Assembly: GCA_965213685.1 (NCBI GenBank)
Contig: CBDBZY010000016.1
Coordinates: 416,001 to 480,000 of the forward strand
DNA: 64,000 nucleotides
Direction of reading: 5' to 3'
Source: a bacterium
GTDB taxonomy: Bacteria > UBA8248
Made by a program: the position numbers and the translations under genes. Under the pieces are notes generated by a model, which had not been told where the DNA came from, ran no database searches, and saw only the letters and a list, made by a program, of their open reading frames with translations. Of the stretch, positions 55,701 through 64,000 are shown piece by piece; the first letter of the stretch is position 1, and each line of letters begins with the position of its first letter.

Positions 55701-56997
55701 ACCACTCTGATAAATGCACAGCACTTCCTACTCTACCCAGATTATGCAGCCACAAACAATTGTGAAACAGCAATCTGTTGGTAGCCAGGCTCCTGCTTCT
55801 CTCTCTGGCTGTATTGAAATATACCCCTCCCCCCCAGTACGCCCAGTTGTGTTGGAAAGTGCAGTTTTCAAAGAGCATGCTATTGAGGCCCATACGAGAA
55901 TCATTAGTAAATTTGTATGAGAGTTTCATTCCTCCACCGCCTGTAGTTTGGCCAGTTGTTGCACTAGCGTTGTGGAGGTATGCAGTGTTGTTATAAACCC
56001 TACAAGAGTCCATTATGAACGTGTTGTTCCAACTCAACTGCTGGAACTCTACAAACACTCCTCCTCCCCACTCTGCCTCATTGTTCTCAAACATACACCT
56101 TTCCACTGCCACTGAGCTGTTCTCAACTTCACTGAAGAACACACTCAGGCCTCCTCCGTGACCGAATGTCAGGTGGTTCGTGTCCTGGGGCAGGAGGTAG
56201 ATGTACTCCACTGGGTGCCACATGTGCCCACGATTGCCCCCAAACACACACTCACTGATCCTGTACTCCACTCCTGTGCTGTACTGTGGGGGGATGGAGG
56301 TGTTGCCTGCGTCACAGTCGCTAGGGAGTTGGGGGTCACAGAAGGGAAATTCGATGTATAGACCCCCTCCACTGGGAACCATTTCATTGTTGGGGGGTCT
56401 GTTATAGAGGAAACTGCAGTTGTGGATGTAGTTGAGTCCACCAGTAGCATACACGGCCATTCCTGTCCCTGTGCTGTTGGTGACACTTACTCCAGTCAGG
56501 TTGATGTGCTGACAGAACAGGAAGTACACGCCCACAGGAAACTGCATGAAGGAGAAGCTGTGGTCACTGAAGTTACGGCTCGTGCTGTTCTGCAGAGCCC
56601 CACAGCCAGAGAAGTGTACATTCTGGATAGTGATGTCACTGGACTGGACAAAGCTGAGGCCTGCCCCAGATTCACACGTCACTGTCACCACAGGTTGGGA
56701 TAACCAATTTACAAATGGGTCACCAGTCAGGGCTATATTGGTAAATCCAGATAAGCTAATCATGTGGTTCAGTGAGTAGTCTCCACTACTCACCTCCACC
56801 TGAGTGGAGTTTAGCACTCGCTCACTCACAGCATAGGAGAAGGTACAACAAGGGTGGGTGTGGCTTCCACAAGTGGCATTGTCAGTGGCATTGGTGTTGC
56901 TACAGTCCACATACACTGTGTGGTCATAGTGAGCAAAGGAGAGGGCACTATGAAGCACAGCTGCCACCAGCAGCCAGAACAACCTCTCAGATGTCAT
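52783..56997 (-). CDS. Receptor-like protein C (B-type body, tail beta with frameshifted tip)
   Basis: Open ORF; ATG at 56997. Confidence 0.9.
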   Translation of the reverse strand: MTSERLFWLLVAAVLHSALSFAHYDHTVYVDCSNTNATDNATCGSHTHPCCTFSYAVSERVLNSTQVEVSSGDYSLNHMISLSGFTNIALTGDPFVNWLSQPVVTVTCESGAGLSFVQSSDITIQNVHFSGCGALQNSTSRNFSDHSFSFMQFPVGVYFLFCQHINLTGVSVTNSTGTGMAVYATGGLNYIHNCSFLYNRPPNNEMVPSGGGLYIEFPFCDPQLPSDCDAGNTSIPPQYSTGVEYRISECVFGGNRGHMWHPVEYIYLLPQDTNHLTFGHGGGLSVFFSEVENSSVAVERCMFENNEAEWGGGVFVEFQQLSWNNTFIMDSCRVYNNTAYLHNASATTGQTTGGGGMKLSYKFTNDSRMGLNSMLFENCTFQHNWAYWGGGVYFNTARERSRSLATNRLLFHNCLWLHNLGRVGSAVHLSEWSLGWTGAITIPLFTDCIFIGNTDYPSVVPILGEPIGVGTVNTQKLPLHFNNSVHFENNNRSALAVVDSGMHFLDYCIANFTGNQGRTGGAIALYSSSYIRVYNYTQMIFIDNKASQYGGAIYSYIVGQHMLILFGTCFIQYSDPLLQPWNWTATFYFRGNTALYSDGGNAIYSTSLVPCFWAYYTPMSKKNVPDPSKEVFCWSSAWEYDGGNCSDDISSAPAAFSNTGNDSSYHMEVILGKRQLMPVEVLGDRMKNQTAHAVFNLWSHSPDTAQIPSAYTYVSDNTVELTGEPNSTALLAIETINPRVLYTEIVVEILPCPPGFSPQNDTHNNTQCVCTGNYGGVVRCNQADFSVKLRRGQWMGIDKSSGQLVVGLCPYTAVHMEEEYMKLPNKSSELDQVLCHPANRTGMFCGQCVKGYAPAINSNTFDCVKCTHKQALYHWVYYLLLEILPITIFFFIVVLFHISVTRGSANGFIFFAQLLTTTFDIDGDKTVPIRNVTSSANSLQKIYEVPYDIWNLNFFTSVMPPFCISPDVDTLGMLSLQYVLAVYPLLLILVFYCTVSLYERGIQPIFCLCKPVHRIFGSFQRRWNLNRSTIDAFSTFLVLSYTKFTVISTYLLTPTTVQDSTGPRAGNHLYFQGGTEYLGKEHIPYFIMAMFVMITFVLLPPLILFVYPLKLVESLTRRLGCCGQFFQAGGRMQVFLDTFQGCFKDGTNGTRDCRYFAGLYFLLRTVIFTSYIYTSTYFQQYVVQQLVCTVGILLFAVIRPYKKDFYNNVDATILGILALINVLSMNNIHYTAIGIPLSSWAFALQYILIFCPLFYMICYVIYRIAKNSKLSFRSCLSRCIGINASERSPLVPFPKDTDEETSEAPPLSSADEEYRLFVEGVEAFGRDRERNRYRPKHTNSTTSTNSSEEAQSSSQSYARSSTQQSVTKTSTRGSSDQSPLVQRKPPTPNQSYIWTVNQPNIWNQ

Positions 56998-58066
56998 CAC
57001 GCTCTTCTTCAATCTAGCAGGACAACAAGAGGAGGCTGATATACAATACAGTAATTAGCCACCCTATGTGTAAGGCTCCATGCACACTCTGCTAATGTCA
57101 CACTCAACACAGTAAAAACAGAACTGTTCTCTTTAGTGTTATGTGAGTTGTACCTGTGTAGCAGTGCCCATGGTTCCCTCCATGTGCTACACAATCACAA
57201 CACTTCCTTATCATGTGGCCCACAGCACAGCCCAAAACAGCTGTGATGATATGTATTACCATGCACGGATAGTTTACTATCCCATGGTATTACATGGCGT
57301 AAAGGTATTTGCTAAAGAAACAATGCCATTTTTGCTGTGAATACCATAGTCCGTATGTAAAGTGCATGGTTTGCTATACGTGACGTATGCTACTTTGTTC
57401 TGGGCTCACCTGCTGTGTGTTGAAACGCTCCCTTTTCACGTTACGTACACACGTACTGCAGCTTGTAAACTAGCTACTCAGTCCAGTTGAGCCCTATAAA
57501 ATTTCAGTCGCGAGAACAAGAAGTTATTGTACATGTCACAAGTAGAACATACAAAACATGGAGTACGCAGCGACGTTGAGTATGCATGCGATGAGAGGCT
57601 GCAACGCGTAGAGTCTACATGTACTTTGCTTACCTACCAAGTACGACTCGTTTATGCTGAGCCTCTTTCACTGTGCAAATTCTGGCCCTCTTGAAGCACT
57701 GGTATGCGTTTGCAAGTTGAATGGTGCGCCTAGAAGTAGCACACCGCCATACCATACCGCACCCTTTTGGTTGGAATTGGAATCGGAAACAAACGGAAGT
57801 GATTCCGGAATATTGAGCACAGTGCGCGCGCGATGCACGCTAGTGGCATGCGGTACTAGCTACAGTGGCAACTGCTATAAAGTACCCTTTGTTTAGCCTA
57901 CCAAGTGATGAGATTCTGCACCAATAGCTATAGGTTACAGTTCATTGAACCTACTGTATGCATTATGTGCACACTTTTTATATGCACTAACAAAAATGAT
58001 AGAAATACAATCAAACCTGCAGAAGAGTGTATTGTGTACATATTGCACACACAGTCTAGTAACAGC

Positions 58067-61000
58067 TTAACTATCACTGCTATTGGTTCCATATGTTCGG
58101 CTGGTTGACTGTCCATAGGACTGGTTTGGTGTTGGTGGTGTTCTCTGAACCAGAGGAGGCTGGTCTGAGCTCCCTCTTGTGCTGGTCTTGGTGACACTCT
58201 GCTGCGTTGAAGAGTGTGCATAGCTCTGTGAGCTACTCTGAGCCTCTTCACTTGAGTTGGTGCTGGTGGTGGAGTTAGTGTGCTTGGGTCGGTAGCGATT
58301 CCTCTCGCGGTCCCTCCCAAAAGCTTCCACGCCCTCCACAAAGAGTCGGTATTCCTCATCAGCAGATGACAAAGGAGGGGCTTCAGATGTCTCATCATCT
58401 GTGTCTTTAGGAAGGGGCACCAGTGGTGAGCTCTCAGACACATTGGTACCCATACATCGAGACAGACATGACCTAAAAGACTGGTCGTTGTTCTTGGCAA
58501 TTCGGTATATTACATAACAGATCATGTAGAAGAGAGGGCAGAAGATGAGGATATACTGAAGTGCAAAGGCCCAACCAGAGAGTGGAATACCTATTGATGT
58601 GTAGTGGATGTTGTACATACTGAAGACATTGATCAGTGCAAGGATTCCAAAAATCGTGGCATCAACATTATTGTAGAAGTCTTTCTTGTATGGTCTGATG
58701 ACAGCAAATAGGAGAATTCCAATTGTGCACACCAACTGCTGGACAACGTATTGCTGAAACCATGTGGAAGTATAGACATAGGAAGTGAATATTACTGTGC
58801 GCAGAAGGAAATAGAGCCCGGCAAAGTATCGGCAATCTCTTGTTCCATTTGTTCCATCTTTGAAGCAACCTTGGAATGTATCGAGAAACACCTGCATACG
58901 TCCACCAGCTTGGAAAAACTGACCACAGCAGCCAAACCTTATAGTCAGACTCTCTACTAACTTCAGTGGGTAGACGAAGAGGATCAGAGGTGGGAGCAGT
59001 ACGAATGTGATGATCACAAACATGGCCATTATGAAGTATGGGATGTGCTCCTTGCCAAGGTATTCTGTGCCTCCTTGAAAATAGAGATGATTACCTGTTC
59101 TTGGTCCTGTGGAGTCTTGGATGGTTGTAGGAGTGAGGAGGTAGATAGAAACCATGGTGAATTTGGTATACGAAAGGACAAGAAATGTGGAAAAGGCGTC
59201 AATGGTGGATCGATTCAAATTCCAGCGTCGTTGGAATGAGCCAAAAATACGATGCACTGGTTTACAGAGACAGAAGATTGGCTGTATGCCACGTTCATAC
59301 AGTGACACTGTGCAGTAGAACACCAGTATCAGAAGCAGAGGATAAACAGCAAGGACATACTGTAGAGACAGCACTCCTAGGGTGTCTACATCAGGGCTGA
59401 TGCAGAAAGGTGGCACAACAGAAGTGAAAAAGTTTAGATTCCAAATATCGTATGGTACTTCATAGATTTTCTGTAGAGTAATGGCACTGCTAGTGACATT
59501 TTTTAAAGGGACAGTCTTGTCTCCATCTATTTCAAACGTTGTTGTCAGCAGCTGAGCAAAGAAGATGAATCCATTAGCGCTGCCTCTGGTGACACTGATG
59601 TGGAAGAAGATGGCGATGAAGAAGAAAATAGTGACAGGGAGGATCTCTAACAGCAGGTAATAGACCCAGTGGTACAGGGCCTGCTTGTGAGTGCACTTCA
59701 CACAGTCAAAGGTATTTGAGTTGATTGCAGGGGCATAACCTTTTTGACACTGTCCACAAAACATGCCCTGCCTGTTGACAGGATGGCAAAAGAACTCATC
59801 CAGCTCAGTGCTTCTGTTGGGCAATTTCACATACTCTGCATTTGTCACCATGGTAGTGTAAGAACTTGTTCCAACCACAAGCTTGCCAGTTGATCTATCT
59901 ACCCCCATCCACAGCCCTCTCCTCAGTTCTGCTGTGAAGTCTTCCTGGTTACATCTTAATACTCCACCATAGTTACCAGTACACACACAGAGTGTGTTGT
60001 TGTGTGTGTCATTCTGAGGGGAAAATCCCGGGGGGCAGGGAAGAATTTCTACTACAATTTCAGTGTAGAGTACTCGAGGATTGATTGTTTCTATTGCTAG
60101 CAGAGCAGTTGAGTTTGGTTCTCCAGTTAGCTCAACAGTATTGTCTGAAACATAGGTATAGGCACTTGGAATCTGCGCAGTGTCTGGAGAGTGTGACCAC
60201 AAGTTGAACACAGCATGAGCAGTTTGGTTTTTCATTCTATCGCCCAAAACCTCAACAGGCATCAACTGTCTCTTCCCCAGTATGACCTCCATGTGGTAGG
60301 ATGAATCATTCCCTGTGTTACTGAAGGCAGCCGGAGCGCTGGATATATCATCTGAACAGTTACCTCCATCATATTCCCATGCGCTGCTCCAACAAAACAC
60401 ATCCCGTTGAGGGTCGGGAACTTTCTTCTTGGACATTGGGGTATAGTATCCCCAAAGACAAGGTACAAGAGATGTGCTATATATTGCATTCCCACCATCA
60501 CTGTACAGAGCAGTATTCCCCCTGAAGTAGAAAGTGGCTGTCCAGTTCCATGGCTGTAGTAGAGGGTCACTGTACTGGATGAAGCATGTGCCAAACAGCA
60601 TTAACATATGCTGCCCAACAATGTAGGAGTATATGGCGCCACCATACTGGCCAGCTATGTTGTCAATGAATATCATTTGTGTGTAGTTGTAAACACGAAT
60701 GTAGGAGGAGCTATAGAGAGCAATGGCACCACCAGTCCTGCCCTGGTTTCCAGTGAAGTTAGCAATGCAGTAATCTAAGAAATGCACACCGCTGTCAACA
60801 ACAGCCAAAGCCGATCGGTTATTGTTTTCAAAATGGACACTGTTATTAAAATGTAGAGGAAGTTTCTGTGTGTTAACTGTGCCAACGCCTATGGGCTCCC
60901 CGAGTATGGACACCACACTGGGATAGTCAGTATTCCCTATGAATATGCAGTCAGTGAAAAGGGGAACTGTGATGGCACCTGTCCAACCTAATGACCACTC

Positions 61001-62296
61001 TGATAAATGCACAGCACTTCCTACTCTACCCAGATTATGCAGCCACGAACAATTGTGAAACAGCAATCTGTTGGTAGCCAGGCTCCTGCTTCTCTCTCTG
61101 GCTGTATTGAAGTATACCCCTCCCCCCCAGTACGCCCAGTTGTGTTGGAAAGTGCAGTTTTGAAAGAGCATGTTATTGAGGCCCATACGAGAATCATTAG
61201 TAAATTTGTATGCGAGTTTCATTCCTCCACCGCCTGTAGTTTGGCCAGTTGTTGCAGTAGCGTTGTAGAGGTATGCAGTGTTGTTATAAACTCTACAAGA
61301 GTCCATTATGAACGTGTTGTTCCAACTCAAATGCTGGAACTCTACAAACACTCCTCCTCCCCACTCTGCCTCATTGTTTTCAAACACACACCTTTCCACT
61401 GCCACTGAGCTGTTCTCAACTTCACTGAAGAACACACTCAGGCCTCCTCCGTGACCGAATGTCAGGTGGTTGGTGTCCTGGGGCAGGAGGTAGATGTACT
61501 CCACTGGGTGCCACATGTGCCCACGATTGCCCCCAAACACACACTCACTGATCCTGTACTCCACTCCTGTGCTGTACTGTGGGGGGATGGAGGTGGTGCC
61601 TGCGTCACAGTCGCTAGGGAGTTGGGGGTCACAGAAGGGAAATTCGATGTATAGACCCCCTCCACTGGGAACCATTTCATTGTTGGGGGGTCTGTTGTAG
61701 AGGAAAGTGCAGTTGTTGATGTAGTTGAGTCCACCAGTAGCATACACGGCCATTCCTGTCCCTGTGCTGTTGGTGACACTCACTCCAGTCAGGTTGATGT
61801 GCTGACAGAACAGGAAGTACACGCCCACAGGAAACTGCATGAAGGAGAAGCTGTGGTCACTGAAGTTACGGCTCGTGCTGTTCTGCAGAGCCCCACAGCC
61901 AGAGAAGTGTACATTCTGGATAGTGATGTCACTGGACTGGACAAAGCTGAGGCCTGCCCCAGATTCACACGTCACTGTCACCACAGCTTGGGATAACCCA
62001 TTTACAAATGGGTCAACACCAGTCAGGGCTATATTGGTAAATCCAGATAAGCTAATCATGTGGTTCAGTGAGTAGTCTCCACTACTCACCTCCACCTGAG
62101 TGGAGTTTAGCACTCGCTCACTCACAGCATAGGAGAAGGTACGACAAGGGTGGGTGTGGCTTCCACAAGTGGCATTGTCACTGGCATTGGGGTTGCTACA
62201 GTCCACATATACTGTGTGCTCATAGTGAGCAAAGGAGAGGGCACTATGCAGCACAGCTGCCACCAGCAACCAGAACAACCTCTCAGATGTCATCAT
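58067..62296 (-). CDS. Receptor-like protein D (B-type body, tail beta)
   Basis: Open 1409-aa ORF. Confidence 0.92.
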   Translation of the reverse strand: MMTSERLFWLLVAAVLHSALSFAHYEHTVYVDCSNPNASDNATCGSHTHPCRTFSYAVSERVLNSTQVEVSSGDYSLNHMISLSGFTNIALTGVDPFVNGLSQAVVTVTCESGAGLSFVQSSDITIQNVHFSGCGALQNSTSRNFSDHSFSFMQFPVGVYFLFCQHINLTGVSVTNSTGTGMAVYATGGLNYINNCTFLYNRPPNNEMVPSGGGLYIEFPFCDPQLPSDCDAGTTSIPPQYSTGVEYRISECVFGGNRGHMWHPVEYIYLLPQDTNHLTFGHGGGLSVFFSEVENSSVAVERCVFENNEAEWGGGVFVEFQHLSWNNTFIMDSCRVYNNTAYLYNATATTGQTTGGGGMKLAYKFTNDSRMGLNNMLFQNCTFQHNWAYWGGGVYFNTARERSRSLATNRLLFHNCSWLHNLGRVGSAVHLSEWSLGWTGAITVPLFTDCIFIGNTDYPSVVSILGEPIGVGTVNTQKLPLHFNNSVHFENNNRSALAVVDSGVHFLDYCIANFTGNQGRTGGAIALYSSSYIRVYNYTQMIFIDNIAGQYGGAIYSYIVGQHMLMLFGTCFIQYSDPLLQPWNWTATFYFRGNTALYSDGGNAIYSTSLVPCLWGYYTPMSKKKVPDPQRDVFCWSSAWEYDGGNCSDDISSAPAAFSNTGNDSSYHMEVILGKRQLMPVEVLGDRMKNQTAHAVFNLWSHSPDTAQIPSAYTYVSDNTVELTGEPNSTALLAIETINPRVLYTEIVVEILPCPPGFSPQNDTHNNTLCVCTGNYGGVLRCNQEDFTAELRRGLWMGVDRSTGKLVVGTSSYTTMVTNAEYVKLPNRSTELDEFFCHPVNRQGMFCGQCQKGYAPAINSNTFDCVKCTHKQALYHWVYYLLLEILPVTIFFFIAIFFHISVTRGSANGFIFFAQLLTTTFEIDGDKTVPLKNVTSSAITLQKIYEVPYDIWNLNFFTSVVPPFCISPDVDTLGVLSLQYVLAVYPLLLILVFYCTVSLYERGIQPIFCLCKPVHRIFGSFQRRWNLNRSTIDAFSTFLVLSYTKFTMVSIYLLTPTTIQDSTGPRTGNHLYFQGGTEYLGKEHIPYFIMAMFVIITFVLLPPLILFVYPLKLVESLTIRFGCCGQFFQAGGRMQVFLDTFQGCFKDGTNGTRDCRYFAGLYFLLRTVIFTSYVYTSTWFQQYVVQQLVCTIGILLFAVIRPYKKDFYNNVDATIFGILALINVFSMYNIHYTSIGIPLSGWAFALQYILIFCPLFYMICYVIYRIAKNNDQSFRSCLSRCMGTNVSESSPLVPLPKDTDDETSEAPPLSSADEEYRLFVEGVEAFGRDRERNRYRPKHTNSTTSTNSSEEAQSSSQSYAHSSTQQSVTKTSTRGSSDQPPLVQRTPPTPNQSYGQSTSRTYGTNSSDS

Positions 62297-63357
62297 GCTC
62301 TTCTTTAATCTAGCAGGACAACAAGAGGAGGGCTGATATATACAATACAGTAATTAGCCACTCTATGTGTAAGGCTCCATGCACACTCTGCTAATGTCAC
62401 ACTCAACACAGTAAAAACAGAACTGTTCTCTTTAGTGTTATGTTGTACCTGTGTAGCAGTGCCCATGGTTCCCTCCATGTGCTACACAATCACAACACTT
62501 CCTTATCATGTGCCCCACAGCACAGCCCAAAACAGCTGTGATGATATGTATTACCATGCACGGATAGTTTACTATCCCATGGTATTACATGGCGTAAAGG
62601 TATTTGCTAAAGAAACAATGCCATTTTTGCTGTGAATACCATAGTCCGTATGTAAAGTGCATGGTTTGCTATACGTGATGTATGCTACTTTGTTCTGGGC
62701 TCACCTGCTGTGTGTTGAAACGCTCCCTTTTCACGTTACGTACACACGCACTGCAGCTTGTAAACTAGCTACTCAGTCCAGTTGAGCCCTATAAAATTTC
62801 AGTCGCGAGAACAAGAAGTTATTGTACATGTCACAAGTAGAACATACAAAACCAAACATGGAGTACGCAGCGACGTTGAGTATGCGATGAGAGGCTGCAA
62901 CGCGTAGAGTCTACATGTACTTTGCTTACCTACCAAGTACGACTCGTTTATGCTGAGCCTCTTTCACTGTGCAAATTCTGGCCCTCTTGAAGCACTGGTA
63001 TGCGTTTGCAAGTTGAATGGTGCGCCTAGAAGTAGCACACCGCCATACCGCACCCTTTTGGTTGGAATTGGAATAGGAAACAAACGGAAGTGATTCCGGA
63101 ATATTGAGCACAGTGCGCGCGCGATGCACGCTAGTGGCATGCGGTACTAGCTACAGTGGCAACTGCTATATAGTACCCTTTGTTTAGCCTACCAAGTGAT
63201 GAGATTCTGCACCAATAGCTATAGATTACAGTTCATTGAACCTATTGTATGCATTATGTGCACACTTTTTATATGCACTAACAAAAATGATAGAAATACA
63301 ATCAAACCTGCAGAGGAGTGTATTGTGTACATATTGCACACACAGTCTAGTAAGAGC

Positions 63358-64000
63358 TTAACTATCACTGCTAATGGTTCCATATGTTCGGCTGGTTGAC
63401 TGTCCATAGGACTGGTTTGGTGTTGGTGGTGTTCTCTGAACCAGAGGAGGCTGGTCTGAGCTCCCTCTTGTGCTGGTCTTGGTGACACTCTGCTGTGTTG
63501 AAGAGTATGCATAGCTCTGTGAGCTACTCTGAGCTGCTTCACTTGAGTTGGTGCTGGTGGTGGAGTTAGTGTGCTTGGGTCGGTAGCGATTCCTCTCGCG
63601 GTCCCTCCCAAAAGCTTCCACGCCCTCCACAAAGAGTCGGTATTCCTCATCAGCAGATGACAAAGGAGGGGCTTCAGATGTCTCGTCATCTGTGTCTTTA
63701 GGAAGGGGCACCAGTGGTGACCTCTCAGGCACATTGGTACCCATACATCGAGACAGACATGACCTAAAAGACTGGTCGTTGTTCTTGACTATTCGGTATA
63801 TTACATAACAGATCATGTAGAAGAGAGGACAGAAGATGAGGAGATACTGAAGTGCAAAGGCCCAACTAGTGAGTGGGATATCCATTGCAGCATAAAAGAT
63901 GTTGTACATACTGAGGACATTGATCAGTGCAAGGATTCCAAGAATTGTGGCATCAACATTATTGTAGAAGTCTTTCTTGTATGGTCTGATGACAGCAAAT
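63358..64000 (-). CDS. Receptor-like protein E, 3' part (continues beyond window)
   Basis: Near-identical to the 3' end of D at an offset of 5291 bp. Confidence 0.9.
   Translation of the reverse strand, partial: FAVIRPYKKDFYNNVDATILGILALINVLSMYNIFYAAMDIPLTSWAFALQYLLIFCPLFYMICYVIYRIVKNNDQSFRSCLSRCMGTNVPERSPLVPLPKDTDDETSEAPPLSSADEEYRLFVEGVEAFGRDRERNRYRPKHTNSTTSTNSSEAAQSSSQSYAYSSTQQSVTKTSTRGSSDQPPLVQRTPPTPNQSYGQSTSRTYGTISSDS

Noticed and set aside
52600-64000. Array as an assembly artefact of alleles
   Set aside because: Copies differ by many substitutions, mosaic patches and copy-specific insertions; long-read confirmation is still advisable.

Overview
Eukaryotic, intron-containing animal DNA. 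Short introns, gene content and repeat types are most consistent with a demosponge (inference). Left part: a 10-exon secreted vitellogenin/MTP-like lipid-transfer gene (5548-11207, +), whose 3' flank is duplicated at 1-709. Middle: MRPL13 (-), a HUNK-like AMPK-related kinase (-) and B9D2 (+), the last two head-to-head. Right half: an array of single-coding-exon, ~1360-1410 aa receptor-like genes (signal peptide, Pmp/pectin-lyase-like GGA/FxxN beta-helix, Cys-rich stalk, ~9 hydrophobic segments, cytoplasmic tail). There is one divergent + copy, three complete - copies, a partial fourth and a chimeric pseudogene. These show a shared N-terminal module, reciprocal swapping of two tail types, patchy conversion-like tracts and clustered variation, which makes them the best candidate for an undescribed diversifying receptor system. 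Intergenic DNA is dense in nested MITEs, ~70-100 bp TAG..CTA hairpin elements with 9-bp TSDs, Helentron-like ends, tRNA-derived elements and LINEs. One LINE is a young RLE-type retrotransposon whose empty site is visible elsewhere in the window.
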